Source: a virus (lineage: Duplodnaviria > Caudoviricetes). From it: DNA of 64,000 bases. Under the pieces are notes generated by a model. It had not been told where the DNA came from and did no database searches. It saw only the letters and a list, made by a program, of their open reading frames with translations. Made by a program: the position numbers and the translations under genes. Where the stretch lies: positions 1-64,000 of the IMG/VR virus record IMGVR_UViG_3300043754_000129. The stretch is one strand, 5' to 3'. Shown one piece after another: positions 62,766 through 64,000 of this stretch. Position 1 is the stretch's first letter, and each line of letters starts with the position of its first letter.

Positions 62766-64000
62766 TTATCCGTAAACCACCGCCGGTTGACTCAGCGCTT
62801 CATACGGCATGAGCACTGCATCGAACGGATGCGGCAGACGGTTCTTCTGGATATACGACACGGGATTCACGATGACATCCCGGTGGCCTTCGAAGGCCAT
62901 TGCTGCCGAGAGCGAGCGATGCAGCATCGACTGACTCATCACGCCAAAACCCGAGTTCGGCGACCAACCCTTCGGCAGGGCGTAGTCGCTGTCTTCTGCC
63001 GAGATGATCATCGCGCCAAAGAGCACGATGTCCAGGATCGGCATACCGACTTCGAGTTTCTGGTTGACCAGGTCGTACAGCTGAGCCAGGGCAACCGACG
63101 GCGTAAGGTTCTTGTCGCGGTTTTGCATTTCTTCAACCGACGACTCGAGCATGCCGGCGATTTCGCGCGAGTGCTCCGCCATGTTGTAATGCTTGAGCGG
63201 AAGCGCGAGGATCGGTTTGTTCCAATCCCAATTCGCCATGTCGATGACGTAGTTATCGTACTCGTCCGTCGTGTACCCGTTGATCCGGATGTACTCGAGG
63301 AACTCGTGCGTGAGGGAAGATACGCGACCTTTCCACTCCGTCACAACATCAGCACGGTCAATCATTTTTGCCTGATGGACTTGAATGCCCATCGAGTGGA
63401 TCGACGAGAAGCGGCTGATCGTCAGGTTCTCCACCGTGTCAACAGCCAGCACGTCCGAGATGCTCGGGATGTCCTTGGCTGCGAACACCACCTTGACAGA
63501 GACACCCTTTAGCTGGGTCGCCATCAAGTACGAGTTGTCGTCTGTACCCACCTTCAGATACATTCGATCCATCTCGTTGAGCACCAGCGCCTCGATACTG
63601 GCCGAGCTATCCAAGTGCTTAGTCGACAGCACCGACTGCGAGGATTTCTCGGTGAGCACCATACAACAGAGGTGGCCGATGTTGGTGAAGTCCGGCACCG
63701 AATGCGAGAGCGCGCCGAAGCACGTCGAGCACACGCCGATCGGATCCGGATGGTTGCAGTGCATCACCGAACGGATGGGAACGATCTTGTTGACCAGGTA
63801 CGTTTCATCGCCCTTGATCGCACGCAGCTTGTTCGCACCTTCGTCCAGGTAATACTTGCCAGCCAGACGCTTCAGATCCTTCTTGCTCATCTTCCACGGG
63901 ATGTACTTCTGAGTCCCGCAGTCGCCGCGATGCAAGTGCTGGATGTTCATCGACATCAGCTGAAGTCGGCGCGAGAAGTACTCAGTGCCCTTCAACGGCG
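62766..64000 (-). CDS. non-virion RNA polymerase beta' subunit, C-terminal part (phiKZ gp74-like), 5' end beyond the window
   Basis: DCGT, RS.M.C..PDP.GVC.TCFG (Zn site), TEK.SQ.VLSTKH, RSLSAAMAFE; the frame stays open to the window edge. Confidence 0.88.
   Translation of the reverse strand, partial: PLKGTEYFSRRLQLMSMNIQHLHRGDCGTQKYIPWKMSKKDLKRLAGKYYLDEGANKLRAIKGDETYLVNKIVPIRSVMHCNHPDPIGVCSTCFGALSHSVPDFTNIGHLCCMVLTEKSSQSVLSTKHLDSSASIEALVLNEMDRMYLKVGTDDNSYLMATQLKGVSVKVVFAAKDIPSISDVLAVDTVENLTISRFSSIHSMGIQVHQAKMIDRADVVTEWKGRVSSLTHEFLEYIRINGYTTDEYDNYVIDMANWDWNKPILALPLKHYNMAEHSREIAGMLESSVEEMQNRDKNLTPSVALAQLYDLVNQKLEVGMPILDIVLFGAMIISAEDSDYALPKGWSPNSGFGVMSQSMLHRSLSAAMAFEGHRDVIVNPVSYIQKNRLPHPFDAVLMPYEALSQPAVVYG

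Noticed and set aside
62766-63995. Start at MKGTEY as given in the ORF track
   Set aside because: The frame stays open to the window edge (…PLKGTEY); the gene is 5'-truncated by the window.

Overview
This window is a 64-kb segment of a high-GC phiKZ-like (Chimalliviridae, nucleus-forming) jumbo phage genome. The host is probably betaproteobacterial (Burkholderiales-like), inferred from the ThyA subtype and the accessory gene families. Recognisable core genes: a non-virion RNAP beta' subunit (truncated at the right edge), SF2 helicase, virion RNAP beta' subunit, the exonuclease plus motif-A half of a split family B DNA polymerase, a long block of head, inner-body, baseplate and tail proteins (17.2-39.2 kb), a muramidase endolysin, ThyA, Tmk and a NUDIX enzyme. 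Two accessory regions (0-17 kb and 50-61 kb) hold many small unknown genes. Top observations: (1) a full-length chimallin (nuclear shell protein) homolog outside its usual locus, possibly a second copy; (2) a gene directly behind a putative early promoter that carries an FtsZ C-terminal-peptide lookalike (DVPAFLRK); (3) a 25-bp putative early promoter with dyad flanks in three copies; (4) both NADAR and DarG-like macrodomain ADP-ribose erasers plus an RNA ligase; (5) several unannotated paralog families, including three staggered overlapping small ORFs. No tRNA, rRNA, CRISPR array, intron or transposase was seen. phiKZ gene-number correspondences are recalled from memory and from synteny, not from a database search.
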